Source: Takakia lepidozioides
Lineage: Eukaryota; Plantae; Bryophyta
Length of the DNA: 64,000 nt
Reading direction: 5' to 3'
Assembly: GCA_030704615.1 (NCBI GenBank)
Contig: CM060734.1
Span: 51,584,001 to 51,648,000, forward strand
In this document: one piece after another, positions 29,901 through 42,584 of the stretch
Layout: each line of letters opens with the position of its first letter
Position numbering within the stretch: position 1 is the first letter of the stretch
Translations under genes and position numbers: made by a program
Notes under the pieces: model-generated
Database searches by the model: none
What the model was told of the DNA's origin: nothing
Seen by the model: the letters and a program-made list of their open reading frames with translations, nothing else

Positions 29901-32900
29901 GCCAATACTTGGGCAAGCCTATGAAGTTAGAAAGGAAAGAAAATAGCATTGGTAATAAACTTTGTATACACATGTTACCAGAGTTTAGGATCTATGTAAC
30001 GATATAGCAACCAATGGCCAACACAAAGATGTTCCTGTCAACACTGGCAAGGGTTGGTCTAAAGCCAAGCAGTAGTTGTTTTGCATGCACAGAGACAACC
30101 AGCCATTAAAGCATACCAAGACCATCATCAGCAGCACATTGGGTGCAAGCCACAGCATCCCACCAATCGACTTCGCTCACCAGACTCCACCAAAACCTAC
30201 ACAACCACCATCAATATCCCTGAGTGGATGTGGTGCCCACCTGCCTCTATACGCTTTACTTACATTGTCTCAACAAGTAGCTGAGGCACACCAATACTAA
30301 ACCTCCTCATAAAATTTTCTATTTAAAACAGAGGGAGACAGAAGAACCAAGAGACCCAACCTGTCAGCCAAATGGCGCTCCCATGACAAGTGGCTGGATA
30401 CATGAGAAGCGGGTGGGATTCGAACAATGCGAAGGACACACGAATCAGACTTCCGATCATACCACACAAAGCCAAGACAGCAGCTGGTGGGTGAAAAGGC
30501 AGGTAAAACCAGATGAGAGAAGCTGTCAGGCACGACAAAGGTGTCGAGAGCAGTCATTGCTGCACCTGAAAACACGTGCACTTCACCCCCAAACACAGCC
30601 ACCGCCACCTCGCCTCCATGGCCTGAGAAGTTGATACCGGCTACCGACCTGGGGTTGACAGGGCGATCTACCTCCATGGGTTTGCGTGGCTGCGGTTCCA
30701 TTGGAGACAAGAACTCCTTGCTGGTTGTCATGCAGTTGTCCACCACTGGAGTCCATGTAGTTGTCATGGCAGCCGGCCCCCCAACACTCTCAAAATGTGA
30801 GTGGATGGCTACCGGTTTCTGTGAACTCTCCCACCTCTGTATCCTCCACCCTGTTGGTGATGGTCCAGAGTCTCCAGTCTCCGGTGATATGTAGTAACCT
30901 GCATGTGCCAACGTGCTCCCATCTTACACACACATCTTTTGATCTGGTTCATATGCATTCTAAAGTGAATTTAATCATTTTGAAAGACCACTTGGAGATG
31001 AGTGAGGAAAAACTCACCTTCAACGATGACTGTGAGTAAAGCAGAACCTCCACGAGAAGGATCAAAGGCAACCATAGCAACCCCAGAACCCCAAGTCGTG
31101 GATGCAGATGCTTCTGGATTGACGTAAGCAGAAAAGTTAGAAACTGGGGAGCATTGCAGCAGGGGCCCCGCACTATCATCGCCCTCGACCTTCATGCCAG
31201 GTTCCTGCCAGGAGAGTAAAGAGGCTGCTAGAGGTGCAAAGCCAGGCCAAGAGGGTGGATTAGCCATGAAGGTTGACTGCATTCCTAGCTTAGCAGCCGC
31301 TTGCTGACTGCTCCGCTCAATGGATTGCCCACTGCACGGGTTCACCTCCCAGACAACTACTGTCGATGGATTTCCAACAGGAGAACCCGCAACCAGCAGT
31401 GCACCATCCTCACTTACTGTCACATCCGCAGTGAAAATTCCACTTGGGCCAGCACCCAACACTCCCTTCTTAGTTGAATGCCAACTTGGGGCAGTGGCCT
31501 GCCATTGCCGCCAATGCAGCTGCAATGAGCCTGAACAGAACACTGTGCACACACACAGAAAATTGGGCCAATGCACTGCCACACAACATCCCACCACCCA
31601 TCAGATTCTGCCTTGTGCCAAATACGGATAATAACATAAGCATGGCCATCATTTGAAGGATTGTTTAGATAAACTTGAGCATGGGATCTGTCACACCTTT
31701 GTTGTGGCAGGCCCACTTTCTAATCAGCAATCAATAGTCAGTAATTGATCTTTCCTTCCAGGCAAAGGGAGAGTCACAGAGACCTCAACAAGCTACACGT
31801 ATAGAACAAACTAAGAGTCAGAACCAACCAATTCAAAAAAAATCAACAACCCTTGACAGTTGCTTATGAATGACTCACAGAGTCACGAGGATGTAACTAT
31901 GTGCAAGAGAAACTTGTCAGAGAACCTGAATGAGAGAGAAAAGGGGGTGGGGGTGGGGCACTTTTACCAGTTGCACGTGATTGGCGAGCCAGAAACTTCT
32001 CTTCATAAGAAACTGGGGAGTTTGAGGCTGTAGCAGCAGCCCATCGGTACTGAGCCACACACCACAGCAGTAAAAATAAATTTGTCAATCTGCATAAAGC
32101 AGGAACGTTGCTAAAAACTTGGTCATGACGACATAAGTTTAAGCTGGTAAACTGCCAATCCCTAAAGGTCAATGGTAGGACACAACAGACACACCCGTAT
32201 GCCACAGATAAGCAATACATCCATATTTTTGTGACATCGAGCTTCTTAAGTCTTTTGCTTTCAGTTTCAGTAAGTGCTCAAACCCAGCTGCCTGTATAGC
32301 AGACCAAAACCTTCCGTCAGGGATGTCTGACTCCTTCAAGAATAATAAGAGTGGCTCTAATGCCTTCAGACGGCCGCACTCTATCATTCTTTAACAACAT
32401 TGTGAGAAGACTAATCATCCTTCTAACATTCAGAGGCTGAGAACAGGGTTGCTGAAGAGACAGTTGCCTGATGTCTATTTTTTGTTTTTCTAGACCACCC
32501 TTCCTTTCTGTGTATCTGGCCACTTCCCCTTTATCATGTGTGGCCTGCCTTCAGCTAAAATCACTCTCTGGCACTTTCAACATATATCTGCTAGTAACCA
32601 CCAAAAAGACCACATACTGACAATACATGCAGCACCCTGCACAGTGAAAATGACATGACTGGGCATGGGACAATTCTGAGCTCATAAGGCCCACACGTCA
32701 GCTTCCTTTAGCCTGATTAAGAAACACCGTTCACTCTAAACTACACACATTGCAGTAAAACTGCACATCCTGACCAGAATACAGACAAGAGGTTTGCAGG
32801 AATGGTACCGGTGAAGAACCAACCACCCATTTTGTGGTGACAGACTGATCCTGGCGCCACTCATACTCACAGCTCCATCCATTGATGGTGCGCGCCACAT

Positions 32901-34786
32901 TAGCCCCACCCTGGATCCTCTCCCAATTTCTCTTTCAGAGCTGCCTGATATCACAACCCCGGAAAAGAGCAGTGGACCAAGGTGGCCGTCACCCTTTTTC
33001 CTTGCAACTCGCATAATACTAATTCTGCAAAAGTGTTCCCATGCTCCATTTTTCTACTATAGTCACCAGAAGTTCAAATCATCACAAGCACTTTGATACA
33101 ACCATACAGAGCTGAGATTCTTCCTACTGACAAAAGCTTGCCCCTTGAGCTTTTCAAGCAAAGTGGGGCAGCGGAAAATGTTCTTTACCTGAGTGGGCTG
33201 GGTCCAGATGGTGACCCTGCCACCTGTAGTAGCAGCTAACAGAGCACGAGGGCATACATTGGGCGACCACTCCAGGAACTGGATCGAGTCACAAGGCGAA
33301 TCTGCAGCTTTATTATGTCAGGCACTGACTGAGCCCAACTTAAACATCATTCTCATCGTTCAGTTTCGATCAAAATAAGGGTAGATTGTTTCACACCACA
33401 AAATGATTGGGGCAGTGAAGGGCACAGTCCAACAACCATATGATAGGCTTCGTTGTAAAACAGGTGTGGCCAATGTGTGATTAAATGTGAAAAAAAGTAC
33501 AATACCGGCAGTAACATTGAAGATGGAATGTTCGGTAGGGCGCTCTGGGTCCACCACATGTACAGGTATCCAAAAGGCTGGTTGAAGACTGGACCTGACC
33601 CCATCCCAAATAACGCACCCCAAAGTCATCCATGCTTCCACATAGAGTATACTTGCTTGTGACTAGCTGAACCCCCTAGAAACCACAATCTACCACTGCA
33701 GCATATTTATCCAAGTACAGAAGAATTGCAACTGAACTTCCTTCAGATAATTTTTGGCACAATAAATGTCCCGCCTTTGTAGTGTTCTATTCACCAGATT
33801 TTTCCTTGAAGTTGTAGACTGACTTTCTCGAAACGTAGGCAATCCACAGCTGTGTGGAAGGGTAGTCCCTGTTTCTTAAACAACCAAAAACCCTTAGAAA
33901 CTCTATACATCAATGCGAGAGCCTACTAAACTTTGAACTCTGAACCCTTTGACAAAATACTCCATTCCTGTAACAGGGACAGGGAGGTGAGGTTTTGGCA
34001 CACATGAACAGTTGGGGAAGGGAGGAAAGGGGAAGAGAGGCACTGACCCTCGATCTCTTGCACAGGTCTGCGCGGCACAACAAATGATATTGGTTTTTGC
34101 GCACCAAGCTACTGCACTGCAAAATTTTGCAACAGATGGAGACAACATAGATGAACCATATGGAGAACTCGGCATGCCAATCACCTCATTCAACATTCAG
34201 TGACCAACGTTTTCCACGTAAGGCCCATACTAGTGATTGTTTGGTTTCAAAGTAAGGAACGGGTGAGAACATATGCTGCTATTGACATCCTACAATCAAT
34301 CAAGTAACAAGAGGGACAATTTCAGTAGCTGAGTGGGTCAGCAAGGAGCTCAATTCTCTTCTAAATCAAGTTCCCCTCGAATCATTTGAAAGTAACTTCA
34401 GAAGTGGAAAGAAATTGACAGACATGGAAACTCTGCATGAAAATTAGCTCCAGCCTGGATGGTAAACTCTACAACCACATGGAATGTTGACCACAGTTTG
34501 GATCAGAGGGGGAAGGATGACAGAGGAAAGTTGTCTGCAAGAGCTCCGGTTGTAAGTAAGACAGCAAAGAGGCGGAGAAGAGAAAAGACCTGAAAGTTCT
34601 GCACAATTCAGGAAAAGAAGTGATCTTGTAAGCGGGTGTGTAGGAGGCGGGTCGCAACGACACTTCCACGACGGTGCTCCTCGACTCCTCGTCCTCCTCG
34701 TCATTCCCATCACCATCTGCTCTCCTGGACACTCCTCTGAAGATCCCCCACGCTATCTCCCCCTCTATCTCCCCACTGTGATTCAT
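26954..34786 (-). CDS. MED16: Mediator of RNA polymerase II transcription subunit 16 (SFR6)
   Basis: Exons give PELCRTFSAVAWC, FWIPVHVVDPERPTE, DSIQFLEWSP, EWRQDQSVTTKW, WPNFLCVC, FWWSLVSEVDWWDAV, LDRIKCRILEG, RLRRYASFCRTLA, RLIGDCHFLHRLCQLL, PRPRGADAAGLL and terminal CMRCGRQT...CPMCGGRWVRAV* (stop 26954-26956). Confidence 0.93.
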
Positions 34787-35180
34787 CTCTACGCTGCCGA
34801 TGGACCTCTGCCTCTACCTCTCCTCCATCCCAACGCAGAACGCACAAGTCAGAGAGACAGAAATCGGAGCACAAAAGTAGCGAGAGCTACAAGCCATGGA
34901 CTATTTACAGATTCCGGGGGACCCACCTCTCTCTTCTCCTCCTCTTTCTTCTATTCCGCGGTCCATGAAAATTCTGGGGACCCACCACCCGCCCCCTCAC
35001 CTGCTTCGCCCTCTCCACAAATATAAAACGTGCACACGTGCAGGCAGCCTCCATCATCACCCGCAGCCCCGATCTGTCCTCTTCTCCCCTCAGCCAATGC
35101 TAACGACCCTCATCACATTGCAACTTTTTCATTACAGCCCAACACGAAATTTCCTCCCTCGGTTCCCTCATCTCGTCTGT

Positions 35181-35210
35181 CGCATCGCATCGCATCGCAT
35201 CGCATCGCAT
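35181..35210. repeat. (CGCAT)6 pentanucleotide microsatellite upstream of MED16
   Basis: Six perfect units read directly. Confidence 0.95.
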
Positions 35211-35649
35211 CTGCTTGCCATCGTCCTCACTTCTCGCAAGAAAGTTGTTGACAAAACACGCGCTCTGCCATCCATGATATCTCTGAATACTATCTTGTGC
35301 ATTTTCCAGTTTTTATTTTATTTTTTCCCCTAAAAGGACTTGCAGAGCCCGGTTGATCAAATTAAAAGGCAAGGAAAAAATAAGCTTGCTTAGGGGCCAT
35401 AAAGGAAGATAATAGGAACATTGTAAGAACTTAATGGACGCGTGTGATCTGACAGTACTTTCGCCGGATTCCGGCAACCTGGGCTCCTCCGGCAGGGCTC
35501 CTGTCAAATCCTCCCCACCCCATATGATCTCGGTTTCACTATTAAATACTTATGAATCCAATGGGTTGCAAGTTGTGGTGGGTAGCATGATGGTAAGGTG
35601 ATAGCAATGGAGATGGCAAGGATCTGGGTTCAGCTCCTGATGGGAGGCT

Positions 35650-36878
35650 GTGGCAGTGTAACCCCGGTTGATGTAACCCTCCATTCGGAGTAATGAAAAA
35701 CCTTCACTTGGTGTAACCCTCTGTAACCTCGACTTCTCATGTAACTCTGGTTGGTCCATTTTACATTTAGCCACATTTGGACTTAGTCAAATTTCGAGAC
35801 CAAGTGTGGGTTACACCGACTGGAGTTACACTCCATTCTGTGTAACCCCGAGTGGAGTTACACACCTCGTCGTGTAAAGCTCATGAGGTTCAGGTTATAC
35901 AAGTTGATTCATGCAGTAATAACCTCCGGTTCTAGGTGAAATATGCACATTCAATGAAGGTTATTTGCAGGTTACGGTTATGAAAATTTGAACAATATGT
36001 GTGGTCAGGTTATTTGCCGATTGATGAACAAATCATAACCTACGGTGATATTTCAAGTCGGGTCTTTGTTATAACTGAAATATAACCTGCCTACCATCGG
36101 ATATAATTGAAGTACCCTAGGCAGGCTGCAGAACCTATGGCTCAAGTTCAATGTGCCATTTCAACTTCAATGTACATAGTGAAAATAGGACACCAAAAGA
36201 AAACTACTATTTGCCACGAAACCATAACTACTATAACCGTTTCCGTCCACTTAAAAGATATCCGGGTCGGTTCTATGTCTTCAGATGCTATTCACTCATA
36301 GGTTCAGGGTATTTCACCGGGTATTTGAGTTGTCCAGTACCGGCGGTGTTCAGTGTCCACGTCTCTTTTATGCTCATAACCTCCGGCTATAGTTACCCTT
36401 ACCCGGCAAATAACCTGTAATTTACCGGGTGGGTCCCTGATAACCGACCAACACTGGTATCAACCCTAGACCAGCCTGGTCTTAAGTTCTACAATACCAG
36501 GTCATATACCGAACCAGGGTGGTATCCATATTCTCATATCAGCCACAATACCAATACCCCCCCGCCGTCTTCCTCATTTACTCTGGTATGTGTTACTTTA
36601 TGTGGACATACATGTACTTATTTATATTTACTTTATGTTTACTGTATTTGTTTTCACTTGATATTTGATAAACTTGTAGGTCAAATGGCTTTTGAATGAT
36701 ACCAGAATTGATAACCCATACCAGCTGGTATTGTGATCATGATACTCATACTCATCCCAGTATCTGGAAAGAAATACATCCACCATTATATAGACCAGAC
36801 TGGTATGAAAGTTTTGTGATTGGGCTGGTACCAGGACCAGTCTGGTATGTAAAAAACCTGATACGAGACCAACACTGG
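35650..36878. mobile_element. Two adjacent degenerate non-autonomous elements ending in CCAACACTGG
   Basis: Right ends ..ACCGACCAACACTGG (~36443-36457) and ..GAGACCAACACTGG (~36865-36878). Interiors are rich in TAACC/GGTTA and ATACC/GGTAT respectively. Left ends are not resolved. Confidence 0.5.
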
Positions 36879-37094
36879 TAGATACTGAGAGAGGCAACCT
36901 GCCCCTTGTAGAACTTTTTTTGTTTTTTTTTTTTTTTCTTAAAGAAAAGGGGACAGAGGCCCTTGAACTCATATTAAGTGGAAAACACGGTTAGGCCAGG
37001 ATACAAGAGGAAAGGATGACCTCAGATGAGTACCATAAAGGCCGACATCGGAAGACACTGGAAGACACTGCTTCAAGAACTAGGGGGTATTAGT

Positions 37095-37435
37095 CATTAT
37101 TTGAATTTCTCTCTAATACCCGGCGGTTACCTATCCGGTTATATGTATATATGACCGGCGGAGGTGAAAAAATGAAGTAACCGGTCCAGTTAAGAACCGG
37201 CGGAGGTCACACATTCAAATAACTGAGCAAAAAACCTCTTAAAGAACCGCCCAATACCCGCGGTTATTTGATGAAAACCGCCGATTATTTGAGGTTTTTG
37301 CAAGGAACCGTAACCGGCAGGTTATATCTAGCCATAAAAAATTTAATAACCACAACTGCAGGTTAATAGTTTTCTAAAATTTGAAGCAACCGGAACCGCC
37401 GGTTATGAAAAAAATCAAATAACCGCCCAACACTA
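37095..37435. mobile_element. hAT-like MITE with 8-bp TSD
   Basis: Direct repeat GTATTAGT at 37087-37094 and 37436-37443. Right TIR TCAAATAACCGCCCAACACTA; left end CA-TTATTTGA looks like the same TIR with an internal deletion. Interior has AACCG motifs. Confidence 0.7.
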
Positions 37436-37479
37436 GTATTAGTGATACGGAGGCGATCGTGTGAGAGGGCACAATGTAA

Positions 37480-37706
37480 TTTTTTTCTTTTCTTTTCTAA
37501 GGGAAACACCTGGGAGCAACAGCTCACAAATCAGCCCCCTCACAGTGAGAGGAGAAAATAACCTCTTTCACAGTAACCGCGCCATGAAGGCTGACACCAC
37601 CCGGGAAGGGGGAGAAGAGTATACCACACCCATCAAGTAGCAGGATTTGACCCCAGAATCATCTGGGTGGCACTGAGTGCACTAACCAACAACTGAGCTA
37701 TTGACT
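37480..37706 (-). mobile_element. tRNA-derived SINE
   Basis: On the - strand: A-box-like TAGCTCAGTTG, B-box-like GGGTCAAATCC (37643-37653), a unique body and an A-rich tail AGAAAAGAAAAGAAAAAAA (37480-37498). Confidence 0.7.
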
Positions 37707-40700
37707 GTTGGTTTTCTTGTTTTTTATTAAGGGGAGGCACTTGCCCTTGGGAGCTTTATTAGGGCTTTTTTGTTTTACGACTTCTTGAAGGGAAAAAAAA
37801 TAAAACCCTTAAGTACATGCCATGAATTATGGCACTCATATCACTAGGACATATAATATAAAAGTGCATATAACATGCAAATCTGTGGGTACTCTAATAA
37901 AAAGAAATATTACAATAACCTCACCCAAAATCGCACAAATTAGAAATACACCTAAAAACACATTTTGTGTTTACAATGTGTTGTTTTTTCTACACAGGCA
38001 ATGTAAGTTGGAACCCATCCCAAGTTCAAGTTTTGTAATTTTTGGAGTAGTTACGTGGATTAGTTGTGAATTTTTATCTGGTTAGGAGTAGACTCACCTA
38101 TTCATGTGGTCGCCTTTTCAAACTACACTAACCTACTACACTCACCTATTCCCGTGGGCACATCTATGATTCTTCATCCAATGATGACTAAACGTCTAAA
38201 CATGTGTTTTGCTTGTATTGTGGGACATCATGATTTGACGGATTTGCAATGCTTTGATGTTGGAAATGGGGGGTCTTTGTAGGTGACGGCTTTAGGTCCT
38301 ACAGGCTAACTCAACATAAGGTAACCTCACCCAATAATTCCACACCCCAGGTGTTGTGAGTTCAAATACCTGGAATTCGGCACTTGCGGATGGGTAGTTT
38401 TTCTTTTTCCGGCAGCCTGTTTTTATTTCATTATCGTTGGAACTTGGAACGGTGTAGGAGGAGGGTACAATATTCACAAAATATGATCAAAACATTTCGT
38501 GGTGAAATGAAATTGTGCTCCTGCAAGAATTGAATCATTGATGCAATTTTTTGCAAATTTGTCATAAACAACCCAATCACCAGGATAAAGAAACCTCTCA
38601 TCACGAGGAGGATACAAAATTGCCATATTATTGTGAGCATATGAAAATGGCAAGGTCATCATCAAGGTCATCATCACTGGAGCTTTACCAAAACTTTTTC
38701 TATGAAATTCAGCAAAACCATTTTTCCAGAAAAATCTTATATATCTATATATACTTACTAGAAAAAATTAAACTTTATAAAATAGATCATATATTGTCTT
38801 GCAAAATCCTGTTATCTTTGCATTGGATTATACTAGCCTAAGGTTACCCTACATGCAAACCAAGGTTTTCATTGTATAATATTGCAAATCCTTGCATTTG
38901 GACTGTTCCCATTTCTAAAAACAATATATGTATATATGTTTTTTTTTTAGGGTTTCTTGAGGTGGCTCGGCCCTTCATCCATGTCACGTTTTTTAGGCCT
39001 TATGGCTCGAGGGATTTTTTTTTTCCATCCTATTAATAAGTTTTAATTTAAATATAAAAAAATTGGGGCTTGCCTCTTTTTCCAAACAAACAAAAATTGT
39101 GTATTGTGAACACTCTTAAGGTTTCCTAATAGATGGATCTAAAGAAGTATTTTGTAAATATTCAAGAGTCCCGGCTGAAACCGCGTGGGCGAATTTAACC
39201 TTTTTTCAAATTAGACTGGCTGAATATGTATACCAAATTGTCCACCCCCGAAAGTGGGCAGTAGCCGCATGGCGAAGTGGCTCTTAGTTACGCCGGCTCC
39301 GGCCGGAGTCTTCTCTCTCTACCAAATTATCCAAAAAATATAATCATTTTAGGGCGGTGGTTGTGGCAAGCCCATATGGCATTTGTTGCAAGGTTCATGT
39401 GTTGGTTGGTTGTGGCATACAGGTGTCACAATTGAATGTTCTAAATAGCGGAAAGTTCTCAATCAAAAGAGAGAGAGTAGCAATAGCGATGAAGACCCTT
39501 GCCAAAGCAAACAAAATTTAAAATATCGCTTCATCCCAAAGAAGTATTGCCTTCTATTTGGAAGGTGGATACTTGCTATGGTGGTAACTCCATTGCCCAT
39601 CCAAGGTTTGAAAGTGCCCAAGTTATACCTACACATTTCTATAACCACTTGGCCATCTGTTGGATATTAATGGGCAACATTAGTTAAGGGTTGGAGGTGC
39701 ATTTGGATAAGTTGAAGAATGACGTTGCAACAAGCGACGGTCAAATTTCTGGTTGAAAGAGGACGGGGCATCCAAAGAAGAACATCATTATCAAGAAGAT
39801 TCAACAACCCCAAAACTTTTGGAGCCATTATTTTGTACAATTTGCATTGTTGGCAATGTGGGTGAAATTGTTTGACAATGTATTGGGTATAGGGCGAGAC
39901 ATTGTCCCGAGGGGCTTCTAGTACTAGAGGCCCTGTAATACGAGCACGAAGCCCGACGATTATAGGGACAAGGTATTGGAAGCCCCGCGGGATAATTTCC
40001 ATCGGGCTTTACACAGGTGCAACTTCTCTTACAAATCTGCATGGTTATTTGGCCCGCTATGTGGAGAAATATGTGGACATGGTTGCAAGTGCTTGACTAT
40101 TCACAAGTATATGAATGCGAAGACAAGCACGTTGATAATACAACTTGAGAGCTTTAAAGTTGTAATGGATGATCATCTGGATGACTGCTTTGTAGAAGTG
40201 CTATTATAAATAAGTCCAACTAAGGTTCATCCATGTGGTTTTTCGTGGGATGAAAATAGGTCTGGCTACTGAGGAGTTTGTTCACGTATGCTACATGGTT
40301 TGAAGTGTTGGTCTTGATAGCTACTTGACATATCAATCCACCCCTAACTTTCTATACCTTACTCGGAAAATGAATAATAGGGTGAATACCCTGGAGCATG
40401 AATTCATATCGTAGAAATCAGAAATCAAGTGCCTCAGGCCCTCAATGCAGATAATGATGTTGTGTTTTTATTTCTTGAGGAGGGGATGTCCGTCTCTGTG
40501 AGAGCTTTTGCAGACAAGGTGTTGGAGGCCTTATACAAGCTGGTAGGGAAGAGCACCTTGACCAGAAGGAGCGATTGGCATGGCTAAAAGGACATTAAAA
40601 GACTGATTCTTTTGCAAGTGAGAGAGCTACTCTATCCCTGTTTGGTAGGGGATCACTCACGACGAGTGCCCTCTGTTCCGAAACTATTGCGGTTTCTTCG

Positions 40701-40969
40701 AAAGGTTTCCTCTACACAAACTGCCTCATCTTGTCACTCTGCGCAGCCACTCCCGGTGGCTTATGCGTTGCAACGGTTGTTCTTCATTGCTTGCTACAGT
40801 AAGTCTTGTTAGATGGTAATTTGAAATGCCCTTTATGGACCTTTCTCTACATACCCTAGAAGATTTTAACATACATACTTATTTAGGATGCAATTGTAGT
40901 GATTGCGGGGCATTACTGTGGCTCAAGAGGTGTAACAGAAATAGGAACAATTTCCAACGATCTCGTGGT

Positions 40970-41717
40970 TGTACTTACAACTGTTTGGAAAGACATGAAC
41001 TCCACAATTGTTAATGCTCTTGTAACGGGAGGTGTAGAAGATGAGGAATCCACCATTGGTCGTGGTGTCAAAGGATGTACCTCGTCATTGAAGACTTCAT
41101 CTGGAAGGGGTTGGACAGTGACCGATACTGTAGGTCTCAGTAAAGCAGCAAGTGGTACGGTCTCAACAGAAGAGGCGGTGGAGAAGATAACAACGGTTCT
41201 CGAGAACGTAAAGAGAGGGCGTGAAGGGTACTCGCACGTGATATATGTCAAAGCTGCATGCATGAATCTGAGCCTCAGGTAGGCACAAGAGCGCGGCGGC
41301 TCGGTCATTGCCTAAAAGTACTCTCAAACCTTCCCTGTTGTTGTTGACATACTGACTCCACTTCTCTTTCGACTTTCGTCTGAGTATCGTCTCTTCTACC
41401 AGTTTCCTAGCTTTGCGAAGAAGACTCTTTCGATGTACAAACATCATATGCCTCAAATATAGTTGTGAGATCCTCCGTTCTTCACGGAGTCTCTCGTTGT
41501 CCTTGGTGAGCTCGATCAATAACTGAGCAGCAACCACAACATCTCTCCTCAGATCCTTCGTATGGCAGTCGTTTCAAGCTGTATTTGTAGGTGCAGAAGA
41601 TGCATTTACCATTATTTTTACCAAAGAAACTGAAAAATGACTAACAAGCAACTGGGACGACCTTCCTGATTGGGTAAAAAACGTAGGCAGAGATAACATA
41701 CTTATTACAGATATATC
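40970..41717 (+). pseudogene. Degenerate partial copy of the AIG1-like GTPase at 58012-58782
   Basis: Closely similar DNA to the 58-kb gene in the opposite orientation. The P-loop is partly deleted, a foreign 302-bp insert occupies 41259-41560, TGG>TGA occurs at 41638-41640, and the 3' end is truncated. Confidence 0.9.
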
Positions 41718-42090
41718 ACATGTTAGTAGGTTGCATCCCCGTAGAATTGGACGGTATGCTTGAGCAGACCCCTCGCTCCTCCCTTCCCCCGTCTTGTTGC
41801 CCCTGGCCCAAACCCCTAGTACTATATCCCCTACTCCATGTGTACCCCCTGTTGGCCCCCCTTGGACATTGTTGACCCCACGGAAAACTCAGAAGTGGAC
41901 AACAATACAAAGAGAATTGACCACACGCAGTGTGGAAACTTTAAGTTATATCTTATGTTGTGCATGGGCCTTGACACGTTTTTAGGATGCAAGTTAGTTG
42001 GGTGCACTAGAATGGATAGCATGAGTTACTAAATTATTCAAACCTAAGAGCCTCATTCATTATCTTCTTAAGGTTAGTACCCAACTGCAC

Positions 42091-42282
42091 CTGACAGCCA
42101 CAACTATGATATTTTTTTTAATCTTTTACTATTTTGATTTGGTGTTGATTCGGTGTTGATACATACATGGCTTGCTTGAATCGATACAAGCATAACTAAT
42201 TGTAGCAACATAGGATTAAAATAACATCCACATCTAGTGTTGATTTTGTGTAGAATTAGTGTTCATTCATTTTTAGTTGTTA
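42091..42282 (+). repeat. Dispersed AT-rich repeat, copy 1 (copy 2 at 47036-47237)
   Basis: CAGCCA..ACTATGATATTTTTTT..ATCTTTTACTATTTTGATTTGGTGTTGAT..AATCGATACAAGCA..AAAATAACATCCAC..TGATTTTGTGTAG is colinear in both copies. Confidence 0.85.
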
Positions 42283-42584
42283 CAACACATTTTGAATTTC
42301 AAGTCAATTGTTAGATTGATTTTGTGTTGTGTCAATGTTGAATCTGGTGTTTCATAGATGAAAGTTGGCATCAAAGTTGAAAAAATCTTGATTTTACAGC
42401 CATCGATTCATTTCTCTGTTTGCGTTAAATCATCAATCATTGATAAGCACAAGTTAAACATAATTATAATGAATGTTTAATTTTGTTCTTCATAAGGATT
42501 GAGGCTACGTTGATTTAACGCTATTTCGAATAGTAGGTACTTTTCAGATGTGGGTCTGAGCCCACTAAAACCAAAGTTATACTT

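Noticed and set aside
37640-37706. tRNA gene
   Set aside because: A- and B-box-like motifs are present, but I could not build a cloverleaf; the body and A-tail fit a SINE better.
38290-40400. Short ORFs in the AT-rich island
   Set aside because: Probably decayed TE sequence, but no diagnostic motif was recognisable, so no call is made.
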